64,000 nucleotides of DNA from a virus. Within the stretch, counting starts at the first letter, position 1, and each line of letters opens with the position of its first letter. This document shows, in pieces, positions 1 to 8,585 of the stretch. The stretch lies in IMG/VR virus record IMGVR_UViG_3300035670_013167, positions 42,764 through 106,763 of that record; one strand, given 5' to 3'. The notes under the pieces are model-generated. The model was not told the DNA's origin. It saw nothing but the letters and a program-made list of their open reading frames with translations, and made no database searches. The translations under genes and the position numbers were made by a program.

Positions 1-123
1 CTTAATAAATATGATGTTTATATGTGCGATAATGACAGCGTGTATGTGCCAATAGATTTAGAAAACTTAAAAGTAAAAAATAAAGCATAAATATATGAGT
101 ATTATTTTTTTGGAGAAAAACAA

Positions 124-1281
124 ATGAAATCTTTTCTTGATTATTTAAACGAAGAAAAACTAAAAGGAAGTCAACATAAATTAGACATTAATAAAAATGG
201 AAAATTAGACAAGTTTGATTTCAAAGCATTACAAAATAAAAATAAAATTAAAAAAGAATATGTTAATGATCAAGGAAAATTAATAGAAAAACCAGAAGTA
301 AAAAAAATAGCAGATTATGACGGACCAAATCCTAAAAGCCCACCAGAAAAAAATGCTGCATCCTACAAACCGGCAAATGACAACACAAAATCTCCCACTG
401 TAGATGTAGAAAAAAATGGACTAGGAGAAATGGGAGATCAAAAATTAAAATACGAACCAAACACAGAATACAAACAAGAAATAGTAAAAGCTTCTTGGGC
501 AAAAACTGAAAACTTCTTAAATAAAACAAAAGGAATGTCTTTATCAGAGTTTACCAAATATATGCTTGATGAATGCGGTTGCGGAGCCGTTCAGGATGAA
601 GAGCTTCCTTATGTAACAGCTTACACAACAGGAAAATTTCAACCACATCCTCCAGAAGCGGTCAAATACGTTGTTGTTCTAGCAAATAAAAATAATAATA
701 TATTAGACAACATGATAAGAGAAATGAAATCAACCGGGATGTTGGGAAAGCTTATGCAGGCTTTGCTGGAGAATCCAGAAGCTTACGATGAATTAACAAA
801 CTTATTAGGCGATTCTCAACAAGGACCTAGCAGATGTAAATTGTTGGCAAAATCAATGAGCAATTCCTATCAAAACTTCTTAAAAGATCAAAGCTCAATG
901 TACGAATCAGTAAGCTCTCCAATCGGATTTGACGTGGAAGACGATGATATGGACATGGAAGACGATGATATGGACGATGATATGGACATGGAAGACGATG
1001 ATATGGACATGGAAGACGATGATATGGACATGGAAGACGATGATATGGACATGGAAGACGACGATATGGACATGGAAGACGACGATATAGACATGGAAGA
1101 CGACGATATGGACATGGAAGACGACGATATGGACATGGAAGACGACGATATGGACATGGAAGACGACGATATGGAAGAAAAAGAATTAGATGCAACAAAA
1201 TTTGCACCAAGAATTAAGAAAAAATTCGCCCATAATCATTTATTAGATGCCATGAAAGAATTTGATCATTTTAGAAAGTGA
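124..1281 (+). CDS. Putative virion/prohead core protein with CTS-like N-terminus and long acidic repeat
   Basis: Starts MKSFLDYLNEE; has KLDINKNGKLDKFDF EF-hand-like segment and (DDDMDME)n tail; GGAGA RBS upstream. Confidence 0.55.
   Translation: MKSFLDYLNEEKLKGSQHKLDINKNGKLDKFDFKALQNKNKIKKEYVNDQGKLIEKPEVKKIADYDGPNPKSPPEKNAASYKPANDNTKSPTVDVEKNGLGEMGDQKLKYEPNTEYKQEIVKASWAKTENFLNKTKGMSLSEFTKYMLDECGCGAVQDEELPYVTAYTTGKFQPHPPEAVKYVVVLANKNNNILDNMIREMKSTGMLGKLMQALLENPEAYDELTNLLGDSQQGPSRCKLLAKSMSNSYQNFLKDQSSMYESVSSPIGFDVEDDDMDMEDDDMDDDMDMEDDDMDMEDDDMDMEDDDMDMEDDDMDMEDDDIDMEDDDMDMEDDDMDMEDDDMDMEDDDMEEKELDATKFAPRIKKKFAHNHLLDAMKEFDHFRK
940..1176 (+). repeat. 21-bp tandem repeat GACGAYGATATGGACATGGAA, about 11 units, encoding DDDMDME
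   Basis: Directly visible tandem units, one of them truncated. Confidence 0.95.
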
Positions 1282-1420
1282 ACTACCCACCCGCTAAAGC
1301 GAGTGGGCTTCAAGTTTCATAGCCTTGTCTAACGACAACGACTCCACTTGTTTTTGTTTATTGAGCGACTTGGTTCCCAAGCCACTCATATTCAAACCTT
1401 GTTTTAGTATGTTGAGACTA
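1258..1420 (-). ncRNA. Predicted TnpB omega/reRNA (scaffold over the tnpB 3' end and right end, guide from flank 1258-1277)
   Basis: Established TnpB architecture; right-end hairpin visible; 5' boundary is approximate. Confidence 0.55.
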
Positions 1421-2460
1421 GCGTTATAGTCTCGGTCAATGTTCTTTCCGCAAACGCATTTCCATTCACGGTCTTTCAGCGTCAACTCTTGATTGATGTG
1501 TCCACAATCATAGCAAGTTTTACTGCTCGGAAAGAATCTGTCTATTTTCACAATTGTTCGCCCGTACCATTCTGCCTTGTAGGATAGTTGACGAACAAAC
1601 TCTCCCCAACCGCAATTCATCACTGATTTTGCCAACTTATGATTACGCATAATGCCTTTAACATTAAGGTCTTCTACGCATATGACTTGGTTTTCGTCAA
1701 TCAACTTTTTGGAAAGTTTATGCAAGAAGTCCGTTCTATTGTTGGTGATTTTTTCATATATCTTGGCTAGTTTTATTCTTTGTTTATTTCTAGTTGATCC
1801 TCCTTTATTCTTTTTGCTTAACTGTTTTTGGTTGTATTTCAAATTCTTTTCTAGTTTGTGGTAGTGTTTGGGGTTGTCAAAAACTTCGCCGTTGGAACAA
1901 ACAACAAAATTTTTGATGCCCAAATCAATGCCTATTTTGTTCTTGTTTTTCTTGAGTTTATTTTGCCCAACCTCACAAGTCAACGAAACGAAGTATTTGT
2001 TGGTGGAAGTCTTGGATATGGTAATGAACCTTATCTCTCCAAATTCACGATGGATGTTTAGTTTGATTCCTTCCTTGAATTTGGGGAAATATATCTTGTC
2101 TTTTTTGATTGAAATGTGTTGCGGAACTCTAAATGACTGTTTCTTGTGCTTTGACTTGAAAATTGGAAACTTGGTTTCTTTCCTGAAGAACTTGTTGTAT
2201 GCTGTATCTAAATCTCGTAATGTATGTTGCAATGTTTGGCTGTTCACTTCCTTGAGCCAGTTGTATTCAGTCTTCTTTTTAACTTTGGTTAGTTCATTGG
2301 CACAATCGTAATAGTTCAATGTCTTTTTGTTGTCCAAATATTCTTCTTTTCGTCTGTTCAAGAAGTAGTTCCACACAAACCTTCTGCAACCAAAGTGCTG
2401 GCTCAGTTTTTCTTTTTGGTCTTTTGTGGGTAGTAGTTGAAACTTGAACGACTTTAGCAT
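1294..2460 (-). CDS. tnpB: RNA-guided endonuclease TnpB
   Basis: HTH_OrfB N-terminus (FGCRRFVWN), RuvC IGIDLG / VEDL / DRDYNA, zinc ribbon CYDCG...CVCG; catalytic residues intact. Confidence 0.95.
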   Translation of the reverse strand: MLKSFKFQLLPTKDQKEKLSQHFGCRRFVWNYFLNRRKEEYLDNKKTLNYYDCANELTKVKKKTEYNWLKEVNSQTLQHTLRDLDTAYNKFFRKETKFPIFKSKHKKQSFRVPQHISIKKDKIYFPKFKEGIKLNIHREFGEIRFITISKTSTNKYFVSLTCEVGQNKLKKNKNKIGIDLGIKNFVVCSNGEVFDNPKHYHKLEKNLKYNQKQLSKKNKGGSTRNKQRIKLAKIYEKITNNRTDFLHKLSKKLIDENQVICVEDLNVKGIMRNHKLAKSVMNCGWGEFVRQLSYKAEWYGRTIVKIDRFFPSSKTCYDCGHINQELTLKDREWKCVCGKNIDRDYNASLNILKQGLNMSGLGTKSLNKQKQVESLSLDKAMKLEAHSL

Positions 2461-2526
2461 ACAATGGTATGTACGCAGACCGATTCAAATTTATACGATA
2501 ATTATGGTTTTTGTAAACGGCAAATA

Positions 2527-2763
2527 TTAAAGTCTTTCCGAAGTCTGCACCCAGTGGTAGTACTCGCTGCTCGCACCAAGACTTTTGATCGCTTCTGAAA
2601 TATAACCATAAGTAGAACGATGTGATGCCGCCTCTGGAGGAAAATCTGTATTTTCGTCCGTGTCTGCTCGGTTACAAGCCTCTAGAACCGAAAATAGCAT
2701 ATCAACAGCTTGTTTCTTTGTTATTTTATTGTTTTGTCCCATCCACTCATTAAAACTTTTCAT
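2527..2763 (-). CDS. Small CTS-like-tagged hypothetical protein (78 aa), cargo of the TnpB element
   Basis: Likely start MKSFNEWMGQ at 2763 with AAAGGTGA RBS; the longer ORF call reads through the microsatellite. Confidence 0.65.
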   Translation of the reverse strand: MKSFNEWMGQNNKITKKQAVDMLFSVLEACNRADTDENTDFPPEAASHRSTYGYISEAIKSLGASSEYYHWVQTSERL

Positions 2764-2797
2764 AATTTCACCTTTCTTGAACGACAGCATATATATA

Positions 2798-2823
2798 GTG
2801 TGTGTGTGTGTGTGTGTGTGTGT
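2798..2823. repeat. (GT)13 dinucleotide microsatellite
   Basis: Directly visible. Confidence 0.95.
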
Positions 2824-2883
2824 AATTTTACCGCCATTCATCCCAGCCCCTAAAGGGGACTGGGTTTTCTGACGGGGGGGGCG

Positions 2884-2891
2884 TATAAATA
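2884..2891 (+). promoter_or_regulatory. T4-type late promoter box TATAAATA
   Basis: Exact T4 late consensus 3 nt before ATG 2895; same 17-mer GGCGTATAAATAAAAAT at 44946-44962. Confidence 0.6.
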
Positions 2892-2894
2892 AAA

Positions 2895-3851
2895 ATGAAA
2901 ATATGCGTTCTTAATGATCCTTCTTGGGACGAGCCATTTAATCCAGAATTTTATTTAAAAAATCACATTTGTGAAAAACACGATGTTTTTTATAAATCTT
3001 CATGTGATTACTTAAAAAGCATATCAAAAAAGTACGATCTGTTCTTGAATTTTTGTGATGCTCCTTTTGTAGAAAAAAGGCCAGGAATAGACATTGTATT
3101 GTGTCTTGAAAAATTAAGAGTGCCATTTACAGGTGCTTACTCGTTTTGTTACGAACCATCAAGAAACAAAATGAAAAATATTTGCAATGGCATTTCAATA
3201 CTTATGCCAAAATCAGCAACAGTTGCAAACTTAGATAGATTATCAGAAAAATTAGTTAGCCATATTGATTATCCAATGATAGTCAAACAGTCAAATAGCT
3301 ACGGAAGCGTAGGTCTTACAAAAAAATCAAAAGTAAATAATTTTGAAGAATTGAGAAATCAAGTTCAAGAAATGCTGTGTCATTTCCAAGCAGTTAGAAT
3401 AGAAGAATTCATAGAAGGAAAAGAATTTAGTTGTCTGATTTCTCAAAATCCACTAGATATAAAAAATCCAATAGCATACGAACCAGTAGAAATTAATTTC
3501 CCAAAAGAAGAATCTTTTAAACATTCCGATCTAAAATGGGTTGATTATGAAAAAATGAATTGCTCGCCTGTTGAGATTTCAGAATTGTCCGAAGAAATAA
3601 AAAATATATGCAAAAAATTATTTATTCATACAAATGGAAGAGGCTATGCGAGATGCGACTTAAGAATGAATAATAAAAAAGAACTATACATGCTTGAAAT
3701 AAACTACCAAGCAGGAATACTTTACTCAAAAGAAAATCCAGGAACGGCAGATATAATTCTATTGAACGAAAAAAATGGACATGAAAAATTCATGGAATAT
3801 TTAATAAAGTCCGCGTTCGTAAATGTTTCGTTGAATAATCACATAATCTAG
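2895..3851 (+). CDS. ATP-grasp enzyme, D-Ala-D-Ala ligase-like
   Basis: PFTGA, YPMIVK, GSVGL, EEFIEGKEFS, GYARCDLR, LEIN motifs. Confidence 0.8.
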   Translation: MKICVLNDPSWDEPFNPEFYLKNHICEKHDVFYKSSCDYLKSISKKYDLFLNFCDAPFVEKRPGIDIVLCLEKLRVPFTGAYSFCYEPSRNKMKNICNGISILMPKSATVANLDRLSEKLVSHIDYPMIVKQSNSYGSVGLTKKSKVNNFEELRNQVQEMLCHFQAVRIEEFIEGKEFSCLISQNPLDIKNPIAYEPVEINFPKEESFKHSDLKWVDYEKMNCSPVEISELSEEIKNICKKLFIHTNGRGYARCDLRMNNKKELYMLEINYQAGILYSKENPGTADIILLNEKNGHEKFMEYLIKSAFVNVSLNNHII

Positions 3852-3852
3852 A

Positions 3853-4536
3853 TTATTTTTTAATTATAATAGAAGTTATACTTGTTGGGCCAACTCTAAA
3901 AACTTTTACGGACTTAATATTTTCTTCTAAATATTTTAATTCGCCATCTGAGAGACTATGTGGCTTTGAAGTTTCTACATTAAAATTATTGTGTTTTTCA
4001 AATTGATCTAATAATTCAAGCGGAGTCACATAACCAGGAATTCCCCATCCCCAAGTTTGTGCTTTTTCAGGAACTTCAACTTCAATACTACTGTGCAAGT
4101 CTTCTAATATGTAAACTCCTCCAGATTTCAAAGATCTAAAAAAATAAGCAAATGTTATTTGTTGGTCATAAACATTATGCGATCCATCATCTATTATAAC
4201 ATCATAATTTTGTAGCTTTTTAGAATATTCAATAACTAAATCTCTTCTAGATTGATCAAACCATTCAGTAGTTATTCTTTCTGAATCTTTTATTTCATGT
4301 AAATTTATATCAAGACCTAGTATTTTTGCATTTGGAAAATAATCTCTCCACACTTTTAGGGAATTTCCAGGCACCCAACCAACTTCCTCCCAAAACCCCC
4401 CTATTCCGATTTCACAAAGCAAACTTACTTGGTCCCTAATCGAGCCAAGTGCTTCTTCATATGCGGTATTATAATAATTGTGAGTAAAATCTTTATCAGT
4501 CGGATATTTTTTAGAAATTTCACTTAAAGTTTTCAT
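3853..4536 (-). CDS. Class I SAM-dependent (sugar O-)methyltransferase
   Basis: TDK..H.Y, LCEIGIG, WRDYFPNA.I.GLDI, DVIIDDGSH, GGVYILED. Confidence 0.85.
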   Translation of the reverse strand: MKTLSEISKKYPTDKDFTHNYYNTAYEEALGSIRDQVSLLCEIGIGGFWEEVGWVPGNSLKVWRDYFPNAKILGLDINLHEIKDSERITTEWFDQSRRDLVIEYSKKLQNYDVIIDDGSHNVYDQQITFAYFFRSLKSGGVYILEDLHSSIEVEVPEKAQTWGWGIPGYVTPLELLDQFEKHNNFNVETSKPHSLSDGELKYLEENIKSVKVFRVGPTSITSIIIKK

Positions 4537-4709
4537 TTTTGATTCCACATCTCCCAGTTTTGTTCTGATTTTTTTTTATTACCTTCTTTATAGCCTTCTA
4601 AATAAGCTTTTTTTAGTAAGCTTAAATTTTTGTCATCTTCAAAATGCTGATTTTTCAACCACATTTCAAATAAATAATTAGGATCTATATAAAAATCATC
4701 AGTGCTCAT
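4533..4709 (-). CDS. Hypothetical protein (58 aa, not in ORF track)
   Basis: Open frame MSTDDFYID... overlapping both neighbours by ATGA junctions. Confidence 0.45.
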   Translation of the reverse strand: MSTDDFYIDPNYLFEMWLKNQHFEDDKNLSLLKKAYLEGYKEGNKKKSEQNWEMWNQK

Positions 4710-4987
4710 TCTGTTATCACCATGTTGTTTTTAGGAATTACAATTCCATTTCCAAATTGACCATTATATCCATTTCTTAAATCATCTTCTGGTTCTGACA
4801 TGAGAACAACATGAATTAAAGAAATTTTATACTCTTCATCCTTAGAAAAAGGCATAAGAGGCATGGTGGCGATACCTTCAGGAGTCATTATAAATTTTTG
4901 TGGTTTTTTTAATAAAACAAAATTTTCCTGAACTTCGGCTTCTGAAATTATATCTTCACCCGATACTAATTTTATAACTTTTATCAT
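4706..4987 (-). CDS. Conserved T4-like phage small protein (Sm-like fold suspected)
   Basis: IKVIKLVSGEDIISE...PLMPFS pattern. Confidence 0.55.
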   Translation of the reverse strand: MIKVIKLVSGEDIISEAEVQENFVLLKKPQKFIMTPEGIATMPLMPFSKDEEYKISLIHVVLMSEPEDDLRNGYNGQFGNGIVIPKNNMVITE

Positions 4988-4989
4988 TT

Positions 4990-7505
4990 TTAATCCTCTG
5001 TTTTTGGTACATCAAAAGGGCAATCATCTTCATCCATTATAACAGGATCTATAGAAAATCTCAACTTCATTTGTTTGCCTCCTCTAGATGGACTTAGAAA
5101 TCTAGAAAAAAGCAAATCATGTTCAATTGGATTAACATCTGTGATACCTAGACAATAACAGACCAAAGAACCAACTACGCTACCGCGACCTGGACCTACA
5201 GCCTCTGACCCGTCTCCATAACCTAGTAATTTTGGACAGATTCTTCTAGCCTCGTCAGTCATCATTTTTTGAATCAAAAAGTAGCTAGCGAATCCTTTTT
5301 GACATATCAATTGATATTCTTCTTTTATTCTGTCTAAATATTTTTTATTTTTAGGCAATCTTCTGAGCTTAAAGCCAATTTGTATGGCTTCTAATAATTT
5401 TTCTTCAGATTCAGGAATATAGGGTAATTTTATAGACCTGTCTAACTCTACACCCTTCGATCTTTGGGCGATTTTAGTTGTATTTATTTTGGCTTGCTCA
5501 AAAATTTCATAAGGAATATCTTCACTATAGTCACTTAGCCATTTTGCATTTAATTCTTCTTCGCTTTTCATCCAAAGATTTTGATCTTGAAGCTCAAACA
5601 AATCTGCCGTTTCGTTTTCTGCTTTTTTTTCTTCTATTTCCTTTAAGGTCTTCTTTGTTTGAACCATTAACATAAGACGCTGCATTTTGCTATCTTCTTG
5701 CAAGCAGTAATGACAATCATTACTTAATATTATTGGCAAATTGTATTTTTCATGAGCTTTAATTATAAACTTGTTATAAGGCTTTTGCTTGTTAAAATCC
5801 AAAAGCATTATTTCAAGATAAAAATTATCTTTGCCAAAAAATTCGATATATCTCTCGACCATTCTAAAGCCTTCTTCTTCGCCGCCACGGTCAAAGGCCT
5901 GTCCTATTTCAGAATTATAACAACAAGATGTAAAAATTAATCCTTCTTTATGATCTTGCAATAATTCGTAATTTATTCTTGGTCTGTAATAGAAGCCTCT
6001 AGTCCATGCGGCAGAAGACAAGTTAACTAAATTACTGTAGCCTTTTTGGCTATAAGCTATGGCTAATAAATGAAAAGATTTTTTAAAGTCTTTTCTTTCT
6101 TCTGGACTCATATGTTCGGTAATTTCCGAAGCTTTTTGTCCGATATTTAAAGTGGGTTGAAGAGGATTGATGTAAAGTTCACAGTTATGAACTATAAAAT
6201 CACTAACATAACTATTATCTTCTTCAACCTCAAAATTAAAAACTTCTATATTTTTTTCTTCTACTGATATACTAGAGATAGGCTTGATTATGTAATTATT
6301 TTTAATAAAGTTTCTTCTATATTTTACATTTTCGGTTATAGGGACAGTATAACAAGTTCTTCCATCTAAAGTTTTATTAGAATACACATTTGACCAAAAA
6401 CCTAAATTAGAAATTATTATTCGAACCTGATACGCGAGGTGGGAGGAGGATGTGCGTAAAGTTTTTTGTTTATTTTTTTTATTTATTTTTTTGCCATCTC
6501 CATCTAACAAGCCATCTAAAAATGCTTTTTGTACTTTTCGTGGCGAATCAAAAATTTGATGAGGGATTTTTTTATTTTTTGATCCCATTCCAATCAAATC
6601 AGACACAACATAACACAAAGGAAGGCAACAAAAACAACAATCCATTTTACTATTTTCTTTATCTTCATAGCACGAAAGATTGATTCCAAATTTATTCAAA
6701 AAATTTGCTGCTCTTTTTGCCAAATCAAGTTCAAAATAATTAAGAGAAAACCTCATGCCGCCTGTAAGCCTGCCATCTTTTTTAGAAAAACTTCCTTCTG
6801 CTGCGAACAGTCCTAAAAAATATGCAAATTCCTCATCTAATTCTATGAACAAAGGAATTTTTTCCCACTTTTTTTGTCCTTTCGAAAAAAATAAATTATC
6901 TATTTTGATTTCATCAGGTTGATATTCTTCTAATTTTATTTTAATATTTTCATGTACATCTTGCATTTGTGGAAATGCAACATAACTAAAATGATTATCT
7001 AGACCCAAACCTGATCTGTGTCTTTTAACAATAATATTCTCTGTTTTTGTCCAAGAATAATTGCCATGTTTGTCAAAAATCATAACTGGGTGGTCTCCAG
7101 TTAGTTGAGTTGTCTTCTTCGATCTTCCTACGCCAGATAATTTGATACTGTAAATTTTACCATTATAATTTTTTTTCATTATTCTCAAAACCGATTTAAA
7201 TCTACCTTTGTGCGTGAGAACTTTATCTCCGACATCTATTTCCGATATGTCCTTAAAACCATCAATTGTATGAATTGGAGTCCCAGCAGGCATACAAGCA
7301 AATATAGGATTTATTCCATACTTTTCACATGCTTGAATTTGCCTTGGAATTCCACCTAGAGAACCATGGTCACTTATACAGAGAAATTGTTGATTGATCT
7401 CTTTGGCTCTTTTAGCATATTCGTGCGCTGTGCCGTATCCGTCAAGAACAGAAAAATCAGAGTTAACTAGTGCAGGTGAAGATGTTCAAAACCAACAATC
7501 TTCAC
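4990..7505 (-). CDS. dnaE: DNA polymerase III alpha, N-terminal half (PHP plus part of palm), intein-containing, interrupted by an 8-nt insert at 7462-7469
   Basis: GTG start at 7505 after AAAGGAG; FEHLHLH then SDFSVLDG, ISDHG, NDCHY, GPGRGSVVGSLV, FSRFLSPSR; ends before the PDIDxD motif. Confidence 0.85.
6184..7296 (-). mobile_element. Intein with LAGLIDADG homing endonuclease in the DnaE PHP domain (371 aa)
   Basis: NPIFA|CMPAGT...FIVHN|CELY; YFLGLFAAEG and FLDGLLDGDG. Confidence 0.92.
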
Positions 7506-7509
7506 CTGC
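7472..7509 (-). promoter_or_regulatory. Strong hairpin covering the dnaE start codon up to just before the premature TAG
   Basis: Perfect 12-bp inverted repeat GCAGGTGAAGAT (7472-7483) / ATCTTCACCTGC (7498-7509). Confidence 0.75.
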
Positions 7510-7560
7510 TTGTCTCCTTTCTGCGTCATTTTTTTTCTCTGCTGCGTGGTGTTGCTTAAA

Positions 7561-7770
7561 CTAATCCTTCTTCAATTGCTTTTTTTTCCAATCTTCCCAT
7601 TTAGAATTAGCTAATGAGACTTTATTTTCTAAAGCAGTTTTTTTATTTTTATAGTCTTCAAAGTATTTTTTAAATTCTTCTTCCAGCAACTTTTTTTCTT
7701 CATGTATTGCGGCAACAGCCTTGCTAAAAACAGCAAATTCTTCAGTTAATAACAATTCAATTTCATTCAT
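7561..7770 (-). CDS. Coiled-coil hypothetical protein
   Basis: AAAGGT RBS; K/E-rich helix. Confidence 0.6.
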   Translation of the reverse strand: MNEIELLLTEEFAVFSKAVAAIHEEKKLLEEEFKKYFEDYKNKKTALENKVSLANSKWEDWKKKQLKKD

Positions 7771-7780
7771 AAAAACCTTT

Positions 7781-8506
7781 CTAATTAATATCTTTTTTCT
7801 TACGGCCTGTTCTTGTTTTGGCTAATGTTTCAAAACCTTTTTCGCCCAAAATACCATCGGCAAATCCGTAATAAACAGCTTCATCAGCAGAAAGATACCA
7901 ATCCGAATTATGTCTTATTTTGGAATCAATAAAATTCATAGTCTTTTTAATTCCATAACTTCTGTCTGTGAAGTATTTTCCCATTATAGCTCTTTGAGCA
8001 AATATTTGCAACATCCTTTTGTTGTATTTTTCATTCTGATCAATAGCAGATTTTACAGCAATCGCATTATCGCTTACAGAAACAGATCCATGATGAATCA
8101 TAACTTCGCAATCTGGCAGTAAGACTCTTTTATCCGCTGCTTGAAGTATAATACCACTCATGGACGAAGCTTGAGCGTACGATAATATAGTCACAGGAGA
8201 AGATATTAATCTAATTATATTAAACATCGCCATTCCATCAGACCAACATCCACCTATTGTGTGCATATGAATTAATATATTTTTATGATTTTGAGCCTCT
8301 AGGATATGCATGTTTTTTATAAACTTGGTGGCCATTCGATAATCTACGCCAGGCTCTTCCTCATCAACACCATCCATATGACCATGCAAATAAATCTCTC
8401 TAGAATGATGATTTACATTATTATTATGAATGTCACTAATCAACTGCTCTATGGCAGTAACTTTTTTGGGCGTATAAATTTGACTCATAAGTGTATCTGT
8501 GGGCAT
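7781..8506 (-). CDS. clpP: ClpP-family protease proteolytic subunit
   Basis: REIYL.G, HTIGG...G, QASSMS (Ser), MIHH (His), DWYLSADEAVYYGFAD (Asp). Confidence 0.85.
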   Translation of the reverse strand: MPTDTLMSQIYTPKKVTAIEQLISDIHNNNVNHHSREIYLHGHMDGVDEEEPGVDYRMATKFIKNMHILEAQNHKNILIHMHTIGGCWSDGMAMFNIIRLISSPVTILSYAQASSMSGIILQAADKRVLLPDCEVMIHHGSVSVSDNAIAVKSAIDQNEKYNKRMLQIFAQRAIMGKYFTDRSYGIKKTMNFIDSKIRHNSDWYLSADEAVYYGFADGILGEKGFETLAKTRTGRKKKDIN

Positions 8507-8585
8507 TTGAGTTACACCTATATTTAGACATAATAAAATCCATAATGCATTTTTTTAATAAATTATTAATAATTTATTAAAAAAA

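Larger units (their letters stand above)
1278..2884 (-). mobile_element. IS200/IS605-family (IS1341-like, tnpA-less) TnpB element with passenger gene
   Basis: Right end GAAG-hairpin-TTCAC at 1278-1311; left-end hairpin about 2841-2863 with AAAA guide 16 nt inside a TTTAT target; removing the element restores AGA AAA TAA of the upstream gene. Confidence 0.85.

Noticed and set aside
940-1176. Repeat array as a CRISPR
   Set aside because: Units are contiguous with no unique spacers and lie in frame within a CDS
827-1210. Antisense ORFs with RRLPCPY and MSISSSS repeats
   Set aside because: Shadows of the 21-bp tandem repeat in the plus-strand gene
2764-2841. N-terminal THTHTH extension of the cargo ORF
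   Set aside because: Read-through of the microsatellite; the RBS and tag point to a start at 2763
4990-5070. Split-intein N-fragment at the end of DnaE
   Set aside because: The tail is about 25 aa with no intein block A or B motif
7467-7469. TAG in dnaE as evidence of stop-codon reassignment
   Set aside because: Read-through would not restore the frame, other genes end normally at TAG, and long ORFs are intact in the standard code
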